47,983 nt of DNA from Alphaproteobacteria bacterium MarineAlpha3_Bin7 (GTDB taxonomy: Bacteria > Pseudomonadota > Alphaproteobacteria > Rhodospirillales > UBA2165): contig PTLG01000001.1 in the NCBI GenBank assembly GCA_002937995.1, positions 1 to 47,983 on the forward strand, written 5' to 3'. The notes under the pieces are model-generated. The model was given only the letters and a program-made list of their open reading frames with translations, was not told the DNA's origin and made no database searches. Both the position numbers and the translations under genes were made by a program. Shown one piece after another: positions 24,691-33,789 of the stretch; position 1 is the stretch's first letter, and each line of letters opens with the position of its first letter.

Positions 24691-25619
24691 GTGCTTTAAG
24701 AACACTGGTTCTCTGTATTTGTGTGGTTTTTATAGTTAGCTTCCTTGTTGTAGCAACAGACCGAGACATTCGTGACCTTGTAGCAAGCCCCGTTTTAAAA
24801 CCTACTGCTAAGGTAATACCTCCACTTGCACAGAAACAAAAAACAAAAACTCAAGTCGTTAAGTTTCCAAAAGTAGTCAATTTGGAAACTTATGGCGATT
24901 TTGGAATCCAAAAGCCGGTTAAAATTTTACCATCAAAAAAACCGCCTAAACCCATAAAGAAAATAGTGAAAAAACCGGTCCCAAAAAATACCCCCGAGAC
25001 GAAAGTTAAAAAAAAGATAAAAGCTCCCAAGGAACGTAAGGTTGTTAACAATATAAGCACACCTAGGTCTGTATCTCTACCTCCAAACCGAGAGACTTAT
25101 CCGCAACTTGAGATTGATTATTCAGAAATAGGGCTCGAAAGGTACCTAATAAAAGTAGAAGAGATCGGGAAGATATATCTGGTGCATATGTCAGGTGAAA
25201 GAGGAGAACGCAGGTCGATTGGGAGACAGGTATCATTTGCGAGACGGAAATTGGGAGATGGAACTTATGGTTCTACCTGGAGGAAAATGAAACTTGCCAT
25301 AGATAGGCCTTATTCCATAACCGACAAGGAACTATCTAGGTACATTGGCCTTTTTGAACTGCCGATAAATGTGATGGACGGACAGTTAATTCTTTTTCTT
25401 ACAAAACCGTTTGATGAAAAGCTTTGGCGAGCCCTTGAGAGGCAATTACAAGAGCAAGGTTTTACCCTTTCAGATATTGCAATTGTCAAGGGTGAGTACC
25501 GTAGTGAGGGTCAGCATGTATGGATTGAAATTACTGAGGCCATTACTAAGAAAAAAAAGGGGGAGCAAAAACTAAGGATTGGAGAGGTAATTAATCTTCC
25601 ATGCAGAGATTGTACATGA
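24687..25619 (+). CDS. Single-pass membrane protein with Lys/Pro-rich spacer and unknown ~170-aa C-terminal domain (TonB/TolA-like anchor 2)
   Basis: 310 aa. ATGA overlap with the previous gene. TM helix LVLCICVVFIVSFLVVA. Spacer KKPPKPIKKIVKKPVPKNTPETKVKKKIKAPKE. The C-terminal domain lacks the TonB_C pattern. Confidence 0.5.
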   Translation: MSALRTLVLCICVVFIVSFLVVATDRDIRDLVASPVLKPTAKVIPPLAQKQKTKTQVVKFPKVVNLETYGDFGIQKPVKILPSKKPPKPIKKIVKKPVPKNTPETKVKKKIKAPKERKVVNNISTPRSVSLPPNRETYPQLEIDYSEIGLERYLIKVEEIGKIYLVHMSGERGERRSIGRQVSFARRKLGDGTYGSTWRKMKLAIDRPYSITDKELSRYIGLFELPINVMDGQLILFLTKPFDEKLWRALERQLQEQGFTLSDIAIVKGEYRSEGQHVWIEITEAITKKKKGEQKLRIGEVINLPCRDCT

Positions 25620-25646
25620 AATTGAAACGAGATTAGGAGAAGCGTA

Positions 25647-26297
25647 ATGAAAATAGTCAAAAGTTTGGTGTTTCTTTCCGTGGCAGTTTTAAGCTTGCAG
25701 GGTTGTCAAACAGGTCGCGAGGCAAGTCCCTTTACCTTTTTGGAGGGAAGGCAAGTTCAGGTTGAAAAGGTGCCCAACTATATATCCAAACTATCCAACT
25801 GTGTAATGGTTATGCCCGTAAGTATTGTTAATGAACGTCTAAAAATCTATGGCCCTAACCTAGAAGACGAACTCGCTCGCTATGCACGGGAAAAATTTGA
25901 CGTGGTGATAAAAGCAGATGAAGTGCGGAAAGTAGCTGACACCAATGGTTATATCCCAACTTTTTCACGGGACCAGCAGCAACTGAGACAAAAGTTGAAT
26001 TGTGAGACAGTCTTGCAGGGACGCTTAGTAGGTCCCGGTGAGAAGAATTTTCTTGTTTGGAGTGGCCACGAAGTGGGTATAGAGATTAGTTTTCCAGATG
26101 CACTATCGATGAAAAATATATGGCAAGGAAGACACGTGACGTCGAGATCTGCAGGTGGCATTCCGTTGTCCCCCGTAGGGGTTCTCATAGATACTACAAA
26201 AGCTCAAATGATGGCAATGAACAGCAACGATGTGGTTGCTTCAGTTATTAGTGATGGTGTGAGGCGTATAATGGCCTATTTTCCTAAAGTCTCCTAA
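25647..26297 (+). CDS. Lipoprotein, possibly DUF799-like
   Basis: 216 aa. Lipobox LSLQGC. The layout CVMVMPV ... VLQGRLVG ... NIWQGRHVTSRSAGGIPLSPVGVLID resembles DUF799-type lipoproteins as I recall them. Confidence 0.45.
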   Translation: MKIVKSLVFLSVAVLSLQGCQTGREASPFTFLEGRQVQVEKVPNYISKLSNCVMVMPVSIVNERLKIYGPNLEDELARYAREKFDVVIKADEVRKVADTNGYIPTFSRDQQQLRQKLNCETVLQGRLVGPGEKNFLVWSGHEVGIEISFPDALSMKNIWQGRHVTSRSAGGIPLSPVGVLIDTTKAQMMAMNSNDVVASVISDGVRRIMAYFPKVS

Positions 26298-26399
26298 AAA
26301 TAATCTGCTATTTTGTGGGGGTTGTGTTTGAAGCACTTCCTATTTGTACCTGCTAATCTTCAAATAAAATAATAATTCCTACAATAAATTTACTCATTC

Positions 26400-26428
26400 C
26401 TCCGTTTAGTAACTAAAGAGAAACGGAG
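26400..26428. terminator. Hairpin between convergent genes (weak terminator candidate)
   Basis: CTCCGTTT-(13 nt)-AAACGGAG forms an 8-bp stem. It lies between the end of the envelope operon (26297) and the end of the minus-strand gene (26478). There is no U-tract 3' of the stem on either strand. Confidence 0.3.
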
Positions 26429-26477
26429 AAAAAATATGTTATTAAAAAAATTAACTAGTATTTTTAAAAATGAGGGC

Positions 26478-26987
26478 CTAATTGATATATGTGGCAGCAA
26501 ATTTTTTAGACTGTAAGTCTTCATCCGGAACAAAAATATATTTATCACTAAGTGAGCCTTCAAAAGACCAGTTTGCCGGCACGGATAACTGTAATCCCTT
26601 CCTTGAAACTTCCTCATCTTGTTGAAATAGGCCATGCTCGCGGAACCAGCATGCTGAAATCTCTCCAATTGTCCCATCTTTTTTTCTATAGGGAAAATGT
26701 CCAAAATCTAGCCATCGGCAAGAAGTTGTGGGGCCTTTTTGCTGGTCAACAACAGCAATATCAATTGCCTTCGTATTTTTTACAAAAATAAGGCCTTTGC
26801 GCTCGAGGCGATCAATAAAGTGACCTACCTCTCGGGGAGATAAGAAGCCAACCCTTGCGATATTGCTATCGTGGCAAAGTGTTTGGTTGGGAACCATATA
26901 ATTAAACTCGCGCCAACCTTGTAGAAGGTTCTCACGAATAGCTCGTTTTTTAATAACTACTGAAATTCCTTCAGCAATAACCGCCAT
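26478..26987 (-). CDS. Hypothetical protein
   Basis: 169-aa ORF with normal-looking composition and no motif I recognise. Confidence 0.5.
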   Translation of the reverse strand: MAVIAEGISVVIKKRAIRENLLQGWREFNYMVPNQTLCHDSNIARVGFLSPREVGHFIDRLERKGLIFVKNTKAIDIAVVDQQKGPTTSCRWLDFGHFPYRKKDGTIGEISACWFREHGLFQQDEEVSRKGLQLSVPANWSFEGSLSDKYIFVPDEDLQSKKFAATYIN

Positions 26988-27172
26988 AGTATCTCTCCTA
27001 GATAGTTACAGTTGGACCTTCTGTGGGGTCTATAAATATTTTAACCAAAGTCCCTGTACATGATGGATACTAGCATTTGTTTAGGACAGAATTGGGCATA
27101 TTTGGGTAGGGGGCAAAGATAGGGCAGAAACAACAAAACATGGGATTTAGGTGCTGTTTATAATTATTATTT

Positions 27173-27391
27173 CTATAACATGACCTCGTCGCCACAGCAG
27201 GCTATAGATTGGCCAGTAATAAAAGAACTACTTGGAGATGCGAGAAACATTACCACTCCAATAACGTTATCGGCAGTTCCTTTTCCCATAGTATAATCTC
27301 CAGCCAAAGGACCCACTATGAGCCCATAAGTAGTTAAACAGTATGGAGTTTTCAGTCCCTGATGAAGAGTTTTACCATTCTTACTTAGCTT
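27173..27391 (-). pseudogene. Remnant of the 3' end of a short-chain dehydrogenase/reductase (SDR) gene
   Basis: The minus-strand frame reads ...GPLAGDYTMGKGTADNVIGVVMFLASPSSSFITGQSIACCGDEVML*. This matches the SDR C-terminal pattern (G-x-pe-D-v-a-x-x-v-x-F-L-A-S-x-x-s-s-(y/f)-I-T-G-Q). No Rossmann N-terminus lies upstream, and a stop bounds the frame at 27392-27394. Confidence 0.5.
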
Positions 27392-27495
27392 CTAGATGCA
27401 ATTCAATTGACCGCAGTTAAACATAGTGTTACGAACCCTTCGGATTAACAAAAATATAATAATTGAATGTAACCAAATTTAGGGAGTATTTAATC

Positions 27496-28473
27496 ATGTT
27501 AATAAAAAGATTTAAGCATACGGTCTCCTATTTGACATTTGCTATTGTGGGCGTTCTGGTTTTTTGCATTTCTTCAGCACAGGCTGAAACACGTGTGACC
27601 TATAAATCTGCAAAGTCAACTTCATCCTACTATCAAATGGCCGTTCAAATAGCAGAGGCAATGAAAGCAGGATCTAATGGCTCAATAATCGTTACAGTTG
27701 AAGAAAGCCAGGGATCTGTTCAAAACGTCAAGGAGGCAGCAAAGCGTTCGGGGAATTATGTTTTTACGACGCCTCCCGTTCTTGTAAAACTTGCAAAAGC
27801 CGGCAAGGCTATGTTCAAGGGCAAGAAGGACCCAAAATTTAATGATATTAGAGCTCTGTTCCCAATTCCTTCTTTGACAATGCATTTTGTAATGTCTAGC
27901 AAAAGCGGCGTTTCCAAGTTTTCTGATCTAAAGGGTAAAACAGTTCTCATCGGTAAAGGGTCCTTTGGAGCTCGAGAAGGAGCCAAGTACCTAAAGCTTT
28001 TTGGTCTTAAGGATCAGGTTAAACTGGCTAATGTTGAGCTCTCAAATGCTGTACCCGCTCTTAAAAATGGTCAGATTGACGGTTTTGTTACCGCCGGTTC
28101 CTGGCCGGCACCAAATGTAATTGAAGCTGCAGCTGGAACTGGTGTTCGTGTATTGTCCCTTGATGATGCCCAAATTAAGAAAACAAAAAGGACCAAGCTT
28201 GTTATACCTGCTGGCACTTATAAAGGTCAGACTGCTGCGATTACAACTACATCTCTGCCTGTAGTTGCATATACCACTACCAGCATGGGGAATTCTACCG
28301 CTTACGCTCTTACAAAAACCTACTGGTCGCAAAAAGGAAAAATGGGAGCTAAAGCTGCTTGGTGGAATGGAGTAGATAAAGGCTTGATGAAAAATATTAT
28401 TGGGAAAATCCATCCCGGTGCCATTAAATATTATTCTGAGGCTGGCTTTTCTATTACAGCTGCCCAGAAATAA
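27496..28473 (+). CDS. TRAP transporter solute-binding protein, TAXI family
   Basis: ATG at 27496 after AGGGAG. Signal peptide. YKSAKSTSSYYQMAVQIAEAMK and the overall layout are typical of TAXI receptors. Confidence 0.8.
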   Translation: MLIKRFKHTVSYLTFAIVGVLVFCISSAQAETRVTYKSAKSTSSYYQMAVQIAEAMKAGSNGSIIVTVEESQGSVQNVKEAAKRSGNYVFTTPPVLVKLAKAGKAMFKGKKDPKFNDIRALFPIPSLTMHFVMSSKSGVSKFSDLKGKTVLIGKGSFGAREGAKYLKLFGLKDQVKLANVELSNAVPALKNGQIDGFVTAGSWPAPNVIEAAAGTGVRVLSLDDAQIKKTKRTKLVIPAGTYKGQTAAITTTSLPVVAYTTTSMGNSTAYALTKTYWSQKGKMGAKAAWWNGVDKGLMKNIIGKIHPGAIKYYSEAGFSITAAQK

Positions 28474-28534
28474 TTTTAATCTATAGACTGGTTGGCTCGG
28501 GGTTATCTCGAGCCACCTTTCTAACCAGTTGGTT

Positions 28535-30292
28535 ATGTCTTTATTTGATCGTCTTTTTTGGGCGGCTTTTGGAGTGTTATCAATAACATTCCACATTTCA
28601 TTAATTTTTTCTGGTCTTGTGCCCAATTTAGTTAGCCGACCCCTGCACATGGTATTTGCTTTACCTTGGGTATTAATCTTTATAGCCAAAACACCCAGGC
28701 AGAAGTTTATCGGAATAATTCACTGTATTGTTTCAAGTTGTTTATGTCTTTGGATTGTATTCAACGAAGATAGTCTTGGGGATCAATATGGATCTCTTGA
28801 GAATCATTTCCAGGTGATAGCTGCGGTCATCCTACTATTATCCGTAACAGAAATGGCCAGACGGGCTATCGGGTGGCCTCTTCCGGTTGTTGCTGTATTG
28901 GCATTAGCATATGGGACCTTTGGTCAATATGTGCCAGGTGAATTTGGCCATCCGGGTATACCTCTTAACAGTTTTCTCGGAACATTAATAATTGCTGAAG
29001 GAGGTATCTGGGGCAAGCTAACCGGGGTTTCCGTAAATATAGTAGCAATTTTTGTGATTTTTGGAGCAGTTCTTAATGCAGGTGAAGCAGGCCAGGGTTT
29101 TATGAATGTTGCGACTGCTGCCGCAGGCCGTTTGAAAGGCGGGGCTGCAAAAGTTGCCGTTTTATCGTCAGCTCTATTTGGCTCAATTTCAGGATCTGCC
29201 TCAGCGAATGTAGCATCTACCGGCGCTATAACTCTACCTGCAATGATAAAGCTCAAGTATCCTAAATCATTTGCCGGGGCTGTAGAGGCCGTTGCCTCTT
29301 CCGGGGGGCAGATCATGCCGCCTTTGATGGGCGCAGGTGCCTTTGTCATGGTTGAATTAACCGGGGTATCTTACGTTGGTATCATGCAAGCGGCCTTTCT
29401 TCCTGCTTTGTTATATTTCTTTGCGGTGTGGATGGGCATTAATGCATTTAGTGCGAGACATCAGTTGGAGAGAGTTCCCGAGAGTGAGCAGCCCTCTCTA
29501 AAAATAGTGGGGATAACAGCTTCGTTTTTTCTTGGGCCGTTTTTTGTGCTTCTTTGGAGTATGTTGGCAATAGGTTTTACGCCTCAATACTCTGCATGTT
29601 TGGCGACAATAGTTGGAGTAATACTTTTAATCCTTGACGGTCGTCTTACTTTTGACTGGCGTCGAACTGTTTTGAGACTTGAGAACGCAAGTATTACAGC
29701 AGGGAGACAAATCGCTACTATAGCTGCAATAATCCTCTGTGCCTCCATTATAATAGGTGTACTTGGTATAACCGGTTTGGGCGTAAAAATAACGTCAGTA
29801 ATTATATCAACCTCAGGCGGGTTGTTGTGGCCGGCCCTTCTGTTGACGGCCTTGGCATGTCTAATTCTTGGCATGGAAGTTCCTACTACGGCAGCCTATG
29901 TAATTTGTGTTTCGGTAGCCGGTCCCGCTCTAATTGAGTTGGGTTTGGAACCACTTCAGGCCCATCTTTTTGTTTTCTGGTTTGCACTGTTATCAACTAT
30001 TACGCCGCCAGTGTGTGGGGCAGTATTTATTGCTGCCGGAATGGTAGATGAGGATTGGTTAAAAGTAGCTGTAAATGCCATGGCACTTGGTGTTGGTTTG
30101 TATCTCATACCTCTTGGTATGATAGCTAATCCCTCGCTTATTCAATTTGGCGCAGAACCATTACCCTCAGTTTTAACAATGTTGAAGGTGGGAGCAGGAT
30201 TGGCTTTGATTTCATATGGGATGATCAAACCTATATCCTTCTATCTCCGATTAATTTTTATAATTCTTGGTGCATTTATCCTTTTTGTTTAA
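28535..30292 (+). CDS. TRAP transporter fused permease (TAXI-associated)
   Basis: ~585 aa, highly hydrophobic multi-pass protein immediately downstream of the TAXI receptor gene. Confidence 0.8.
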   Translation: MSLFDRLFWAAFGVLSITFHISLIFSGLVPNLVSRPLHMVFALPWVLIFIAKTPRQKFIGIIHCIVSSCLCLWIVFNEDSLGDQYGSLENHFQVIAAVILLLSVTEMARRAIGWPLPVVAVLALAYGTFGQYVPGEFGHPGIPLNSFLGTLIIAEGGIWGKLTGVSVNIVAIFVIFGAVLNAGEAGQGFMNVATAAAGRLKGGAAKVAVLSSALFGSISGSASANVASTGAITLPAMIKLKYPKSFAGAVEAVASSGGQIMPPLMGAGAFVMVELTGVSYVGIMQAAFLPALLYFFAVWMGINAFSARHQLERVPESEQPSLKIVGITASFFLGPFFVLLWSMLAIGFTPQYSACLATIVGVILLILDGRLTFDWRRTVLRLENASITAGRQIATIAAIILCASIIIGVLGITGLGVKITSVIISTSGGLLWPALLLTALACLILGMEVPTTAAYVICVSVAGPALIELGLEPLQAHLFVFWFALLSTITPPVCGAVFIAAGMVDEDWLKVAVNAMALGVGLYLIPLGMIANPSLIQFGAEPLPSVLTMLKVGAGLALISYGMIKPISFYLRLIFIILGAFILFV

Positions 30293-30345
30293 TAACAATA
30301 AGTGACATTATATTGTTTTATAGTGATTTATATGGAGGGGCCGTT

Positions 30346-30924
30346 ATGGAGACCATCTCAGTAACTCAAGAGGAAATGGAAAAAAGAGTAGCCCGATATA
30401 AAAACCTTAAACCTTTAAAAATGCAGGAGGAGAGAGAAGTTCCTGTAGAGGCTGCGGATTTGGTTTGGGCCAGGAAGCTTTTGAGTGTTATTAGTCTTGA
30501 AGGTGATCAGGAAACCCCCATTAATTCGTCCGCACCTATAAAAGGTGCTGGCGGTATTACTATTACAAATGCCGAGTGTCCCCCCGGCACAGGCCCCACG
30601 CTTCATGCTCACCGAGAGACCTTTGAGACATTTACCGTTCTTAAGGGCCGATTTAAAGTTTATTGGAACGATGATGGCGAAGCTGAATTTGATCTAGATC
30701 TCCATGATACAATTTCTGTGCCACCAGGGGTTTGCAGAGGTTTTACCAATATTTCTGATGAAGATGGTATTTTGCAGGTAATTATTTCAGGCGGTGTGCA
30801 CGATATGAATGATATCGATTTTACTGCAGACTGTGGAAAACGTATTGAGAATATCCAAATGGGCTTGAGAGAGAAATTTGAGGAAACAGGATTTACATTT
30901 ACCGCAGGTAATGCTGATAATTGA
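30346..30924 (+). CDS. Cupin-domain protein
   Basis: GPTLHAHRETFETFTVLKGRFKVYW fits the cupin G-x5-H-x-H-x3-E motif. The likely start is METISV at 30346. Confidence 0.65.
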   Translation: METISVTQEEMEKRVARYKNLKPLKMQEEREVPVEAADLVWARKLLSVISLEGDQETPINSSAPIKGAGGITITNAECPPGTGPTLHAHRETFETFTVLKGRFKVYWNDDGEAEFDLDLHDTISVPPGVCRGFTNISDEDGILQVIISGGVHDMNDIDFTADCGKRIENIQMGLREKFEETGFTFTAGNADN

Positions 30925-31064
30925 AGGTTAAAGAGTAGGTAGCCCTTTGGCCTAAAGTTTCGTCTTAACAAATTCTCAGTGGATTTTTCGGCTTTACTAT
31001 TTAAAATATATTATAAAAGCAAAAAGTTATTCTGGTTTTTCTTAGGCTATTGGAAAGGTTGTTT

Positions 31065-32738
31065 ATGGCACCAACAGATATAGAAATTGCTCGAGAAGCA
31101 AACTTGGCTCCAATTACGAAAATAGCGTCAAAATTACAAATACCAGAGGATGCGCTAGAGCTATATGGAAATAATAAAGCAAAAATCTCCAACGAGTACA
31201 TAACTAGCCTTCAAAGTGAACCCGATGGAAAACTTGTTTTGGTTACAGCAATTACCCCTACGCCAGCGGGTGAGGGAAAGACAACGATGACTGTGGGGCT
31301 GGGAGATGCTTTAAATAGGATTGGGCGCAGGGCTGGCATTTGTCTTCGCGAACCTAGTTTGGGCCCTTGCTTTGGAATGAAGGGGGGTGCTGCAGGCGGG
31401 GGATATGCGCAGGTTGTTCCAATGGAGGATATCAATCTGCATTTTACAGGAGATATGCACGCAATAGGTGTTGCCCATAATCTCTTATCTGCAATGGTGG
31501 ATAATCACATTTACTGGGGTAACAAAGAAGAAATTGATGTTCGCAGAGTTCAATGGCGGAGGGTTGTCGATATGAATGATAGGGCTCTTCGAGATGTGGT
31601 TTCTTCCCTTGGAGGCGTTGCCAACGGTTTCCCTCGTCAGACAGGTTTTGATATTACGGTTGCCTCGGAGATTATGGCCATATTTTGTCTGGCTGAGAAT
31701 TTAACTGATCTAACTAGTAGGTTAGAAAATATAGTTATTGGTTTTACTAGTGACAAACGGCCCGTCAGAGCCGGTCAGCTAGAAGCTCATGGTGCGATGG
31801 CTGTCCTTTTAAAGAATGCTATTGCCCCTAACCTGGTCCAGACACTTGAAAATAATCCCGCCTTCGTTCACGGGGGGCCGTTTGCAAATATTGCACATGG
31901 TTGTAATTCGGTTATCGCAACCAAAGCTATGCTCAAGATGTCTGATATTGTGGTCACAGAAGCTGGTTTTGGGGCGGACCTCGGAGCTGAGAAGTTTTTT
32001 GATATCAAGTGCCGAAAGGCAGGTTTAAAGCCCGACGTAGCAGTGCTGGTAGCAACTACTCGGGCACTAAAAATGCATGGTGGGGTTGCCAGGGCTGATT
32101 TAGATGCAGAAAATCTGGACGCTGTAAAACAGGGCCTTGCGAACCTTGACCAACATGACGAAAATATAGCTAAGTTTGGTGTCCCCCGGGTCGTAGGTAT
32201 CAACCGATTTACAGGGGATACAGATGCAGAGATCAAAATAATTGTAGATCATTGTGAGGCTAAAGGCCTACCGGTTAGAATCTGTACTCACTGGGCTAAT
32301 GGCGGGGAGGGTGCAGAAGAGCTAGCAAAGCAGGTTGCAGATATGCTTGATAATACCACAGCAAATTTCAAACCATTATATTCGTCTGATAAGCCACTTT
32401 TAGAAAAAATTGAAACTATAGCCAAAGAAATTTATAGGGCAGATGGGGTAAAAGTGGATAAGAAGGTAATAAATCAATTGCAAGATTTTGAGGATGCGGG
32501 CTTTAGAGATTTTCCAATTTGTATTGCCAAGACCCAGTACAGTTTTTCTTCAGACCCTTCGTTTTTAGGAGCTCCTAGTGGTTTCACCATTCCAATTCGT
32601 GAGGTCAGGTTATCAGCAGGGGCAGAATTCGTAGTCGCTATTTCGGGAGATATTATGACCATGCCGGGGTTACCAAGTAAGCCAGCTGCACAGGGTATTT
32701 TTGTCAATGATGAAGGTCAGGTCGAAGGACTGTTCTGA
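31065..32738 (+). CDS. fhs: Formate--tetrahydrofolate ligase
   Basis: [15 protein letters not shown] signature, plus colinear FTHFS sequence for ~557 aa ([14 protein letters not shown]...). Confidence 0.95.
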   Translation: MAPTDIEIAREANLAPITKIASKLQIPEDALELYGNNKAKISNEYITSLQSEPDGKLVLVTAITPTPAGEGKTTMTVGLGDALNRIGRRAGICLREPSLGPCFGMKGGAAGGGYAQVVPMEDINLHFTGDMHAIGVAHNLLSAMVDNHIYWGNKEEIDVRRVQWRRVVDMNDRALRDVVSSLGGVANGFPRQTGFDITVASEIMAIFCLAENLTDLTSRLENIVIGFTSDKRPVRAGQLEAHGAMAVLLKNAIAPNLVQTLENNPAFVHGGPFANIAHGCNSVIATKAMLKMSDIVVTEAGFGADLGAEKFFDIKCRKAGLKPDVAVLVATTRALKMHGGVARADLDAENLDAVKQGLANLDQHDENIAKFGVPRVVGINRFTGDTDAEIKIIVDHCEAKGLPVRICTHWANGGEGAEELAKQVADMLDNTTANFKPLYSSDKPLLEKIETIAKEIYRADGVKVDKKVINQLQDFEDAGFRDFPICIAKTQYSFSSDPSFLGAPSGFTIPIREVRLSAGAEFVVAISGDIMTMPGLPSKPAAQGIFVNDEGQVEGLF

Positions 32739-32744
32739 TCCGTG

Positions 32745-33365
32745 CTAAAAAGGTCCCCAGGCACGCTTAACGGCTGGACGGCCGGAAATAGAATTATACC
32801 AACGTTTAATATTTGGGTAGTCTGACAGGCCTATCCATTTGTCATTACCAAAAATATGTGTATCGGAATACATTGAAATGTCTGCTACTGAAAATTCCCC
32901 AGCTATGTACTCTCTATCACTCAGTGCACCGTCAACAGACCTGTACATATCGCGCATTACTCTATCGTAGTGGTCTTTTGCCTCAGGTATATCCTCTGGA
33001 GAACGTATCATAAAAAATCCATATTGTTGGGAAATAGTTGTGAATTGGGCAGATCCATAAAACAGCCATTTGTCCACCTCGATTTGTTGCATGGGATCAT
33101 CTGGATACAAGCGGTTATCCATTTTGGAACCAATGTATTTTAATATGGCGCCCGATTCAAAAAGTATAGCCTGTTGACCGTTTGGTCCATCGGGATCTAC
33201 GATCACAGGTATTTTGTGATGAGGGTTAATTTTTAGATATTTTGGGTCAAATTGTTCTCTTTCCAATAGGTTAACGGGGATAATTTTATATTCCAGCCCA
33301 CTTTCTTCCATCATGTGCCGGGCTTTATAACCGTTGTCAGTGTCCCAAAAGTAGAGATCAATCAT
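32745..33365 (-). CDS. Glutathione S-transferase family protein
   Basis: 206 aa. The N-terminal thioredoxin-like GST domain (KINPHHKIPVIVDP ... LFESGAILKYI) is followed by a helical C-terminal domain. Confidence 0.8.
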   Translation of the reverse strand: MIDLYFWDTDNGYKARHMMEESGLEYKIIPVNLLEREQFDPKYLKINPHHKIPVIVDPDGPNGQQAILFESGAILKYIGSKMDNRLYPDDPMQQIEVDKWLFYGSAQFTTISQQYGFFMIRSPEDIPEAKDHYDRVMRDMYRSVDGALSDREYIAGEFSVADISMYSDTHIFGNDKWIGLSDYPNIKRWYNSISGRPAVKRAWGPF

Positions 33366-33456
33366 GGTTTTCTCCGATAAATATTATCCACATCAGTTAT
33401 AGACTATATTTGTTTGTCGTGGTGCTCAATAATATTAATACTTAGACTTGGTAGCC

Positions 33457-33747
33457 TTATGTTGATTTTATCAAGTGGAAACCGGTTTTGGCTGGAGGGT
33501 CACATTCTCTGGCCTCAACAGATAACACCTCGGCAGCCGAAGGTCCATTTTGGAAGTCTTGTAGCATTTGCCTAACTCCAGATTCGGGTCCGCTGACTAG
33601 TGCTTCCACTGCACCATCGGGCAGGTTTTTCACCCATCCGGAAAGGTCCCTTTTTTTTGCCTGTTGTTCCGTCCATCTACGATACCAGACGCCCTGGACG
33701 CGTCCTTCTATTCTCACAAGATAACTGCAAGATAGTTCTTTCTCCAT
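33457..33747 (-). CDS. acyP: Acylphosphatase
   Basis: 96 aa. VRIEGRVQGVWYRRWTEQQAKKRDLSGWVKNLPDGAVEALVSG matches the acylphosphatase signatures. Confidence 0.85.
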   Translation of the reverse strand: MEKELSCSYLVRIEGRVQGVWYRRWTEQQAKKRDLSGWVKNLPDGAVEALVSGPESGVRQMLQDFQNGPSAAEVLSVEARECDPPAKTGFHLIKST

Positions 33748-33789
33748 TATTTATCAGTTCCTCCATCCTTAAAGTTCATATTTTCTCCT

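Noticed and set aside
21140-26297. Interpretation of the Exb-like operon as a Zorya system
   Set aside because: The MotA/ExbB-like protein is only 171 aa, with no long ZorA-type cytoplasmic tail. The partner is ExbD/TolR-like rather than OmpA/MotB-like. No ZorC/ZorD-type or helicase/nuclease genes are present.
28042-28689. 215-aa minus-strand ORF spanning the TAXI receptor 3' end and the permease 5' end
   Set aside because: It is antisense to two strongly supported transporter genes, its sequence looks low-complexity, and it has no motif. This is a typical shadow ORF. The same reasoning applies to the other nested antisense ORFs in the track (e.g. 1085-1309, 1553-1849, 6357-6737, 11448-11747, 28924-29349, 31868-32236).
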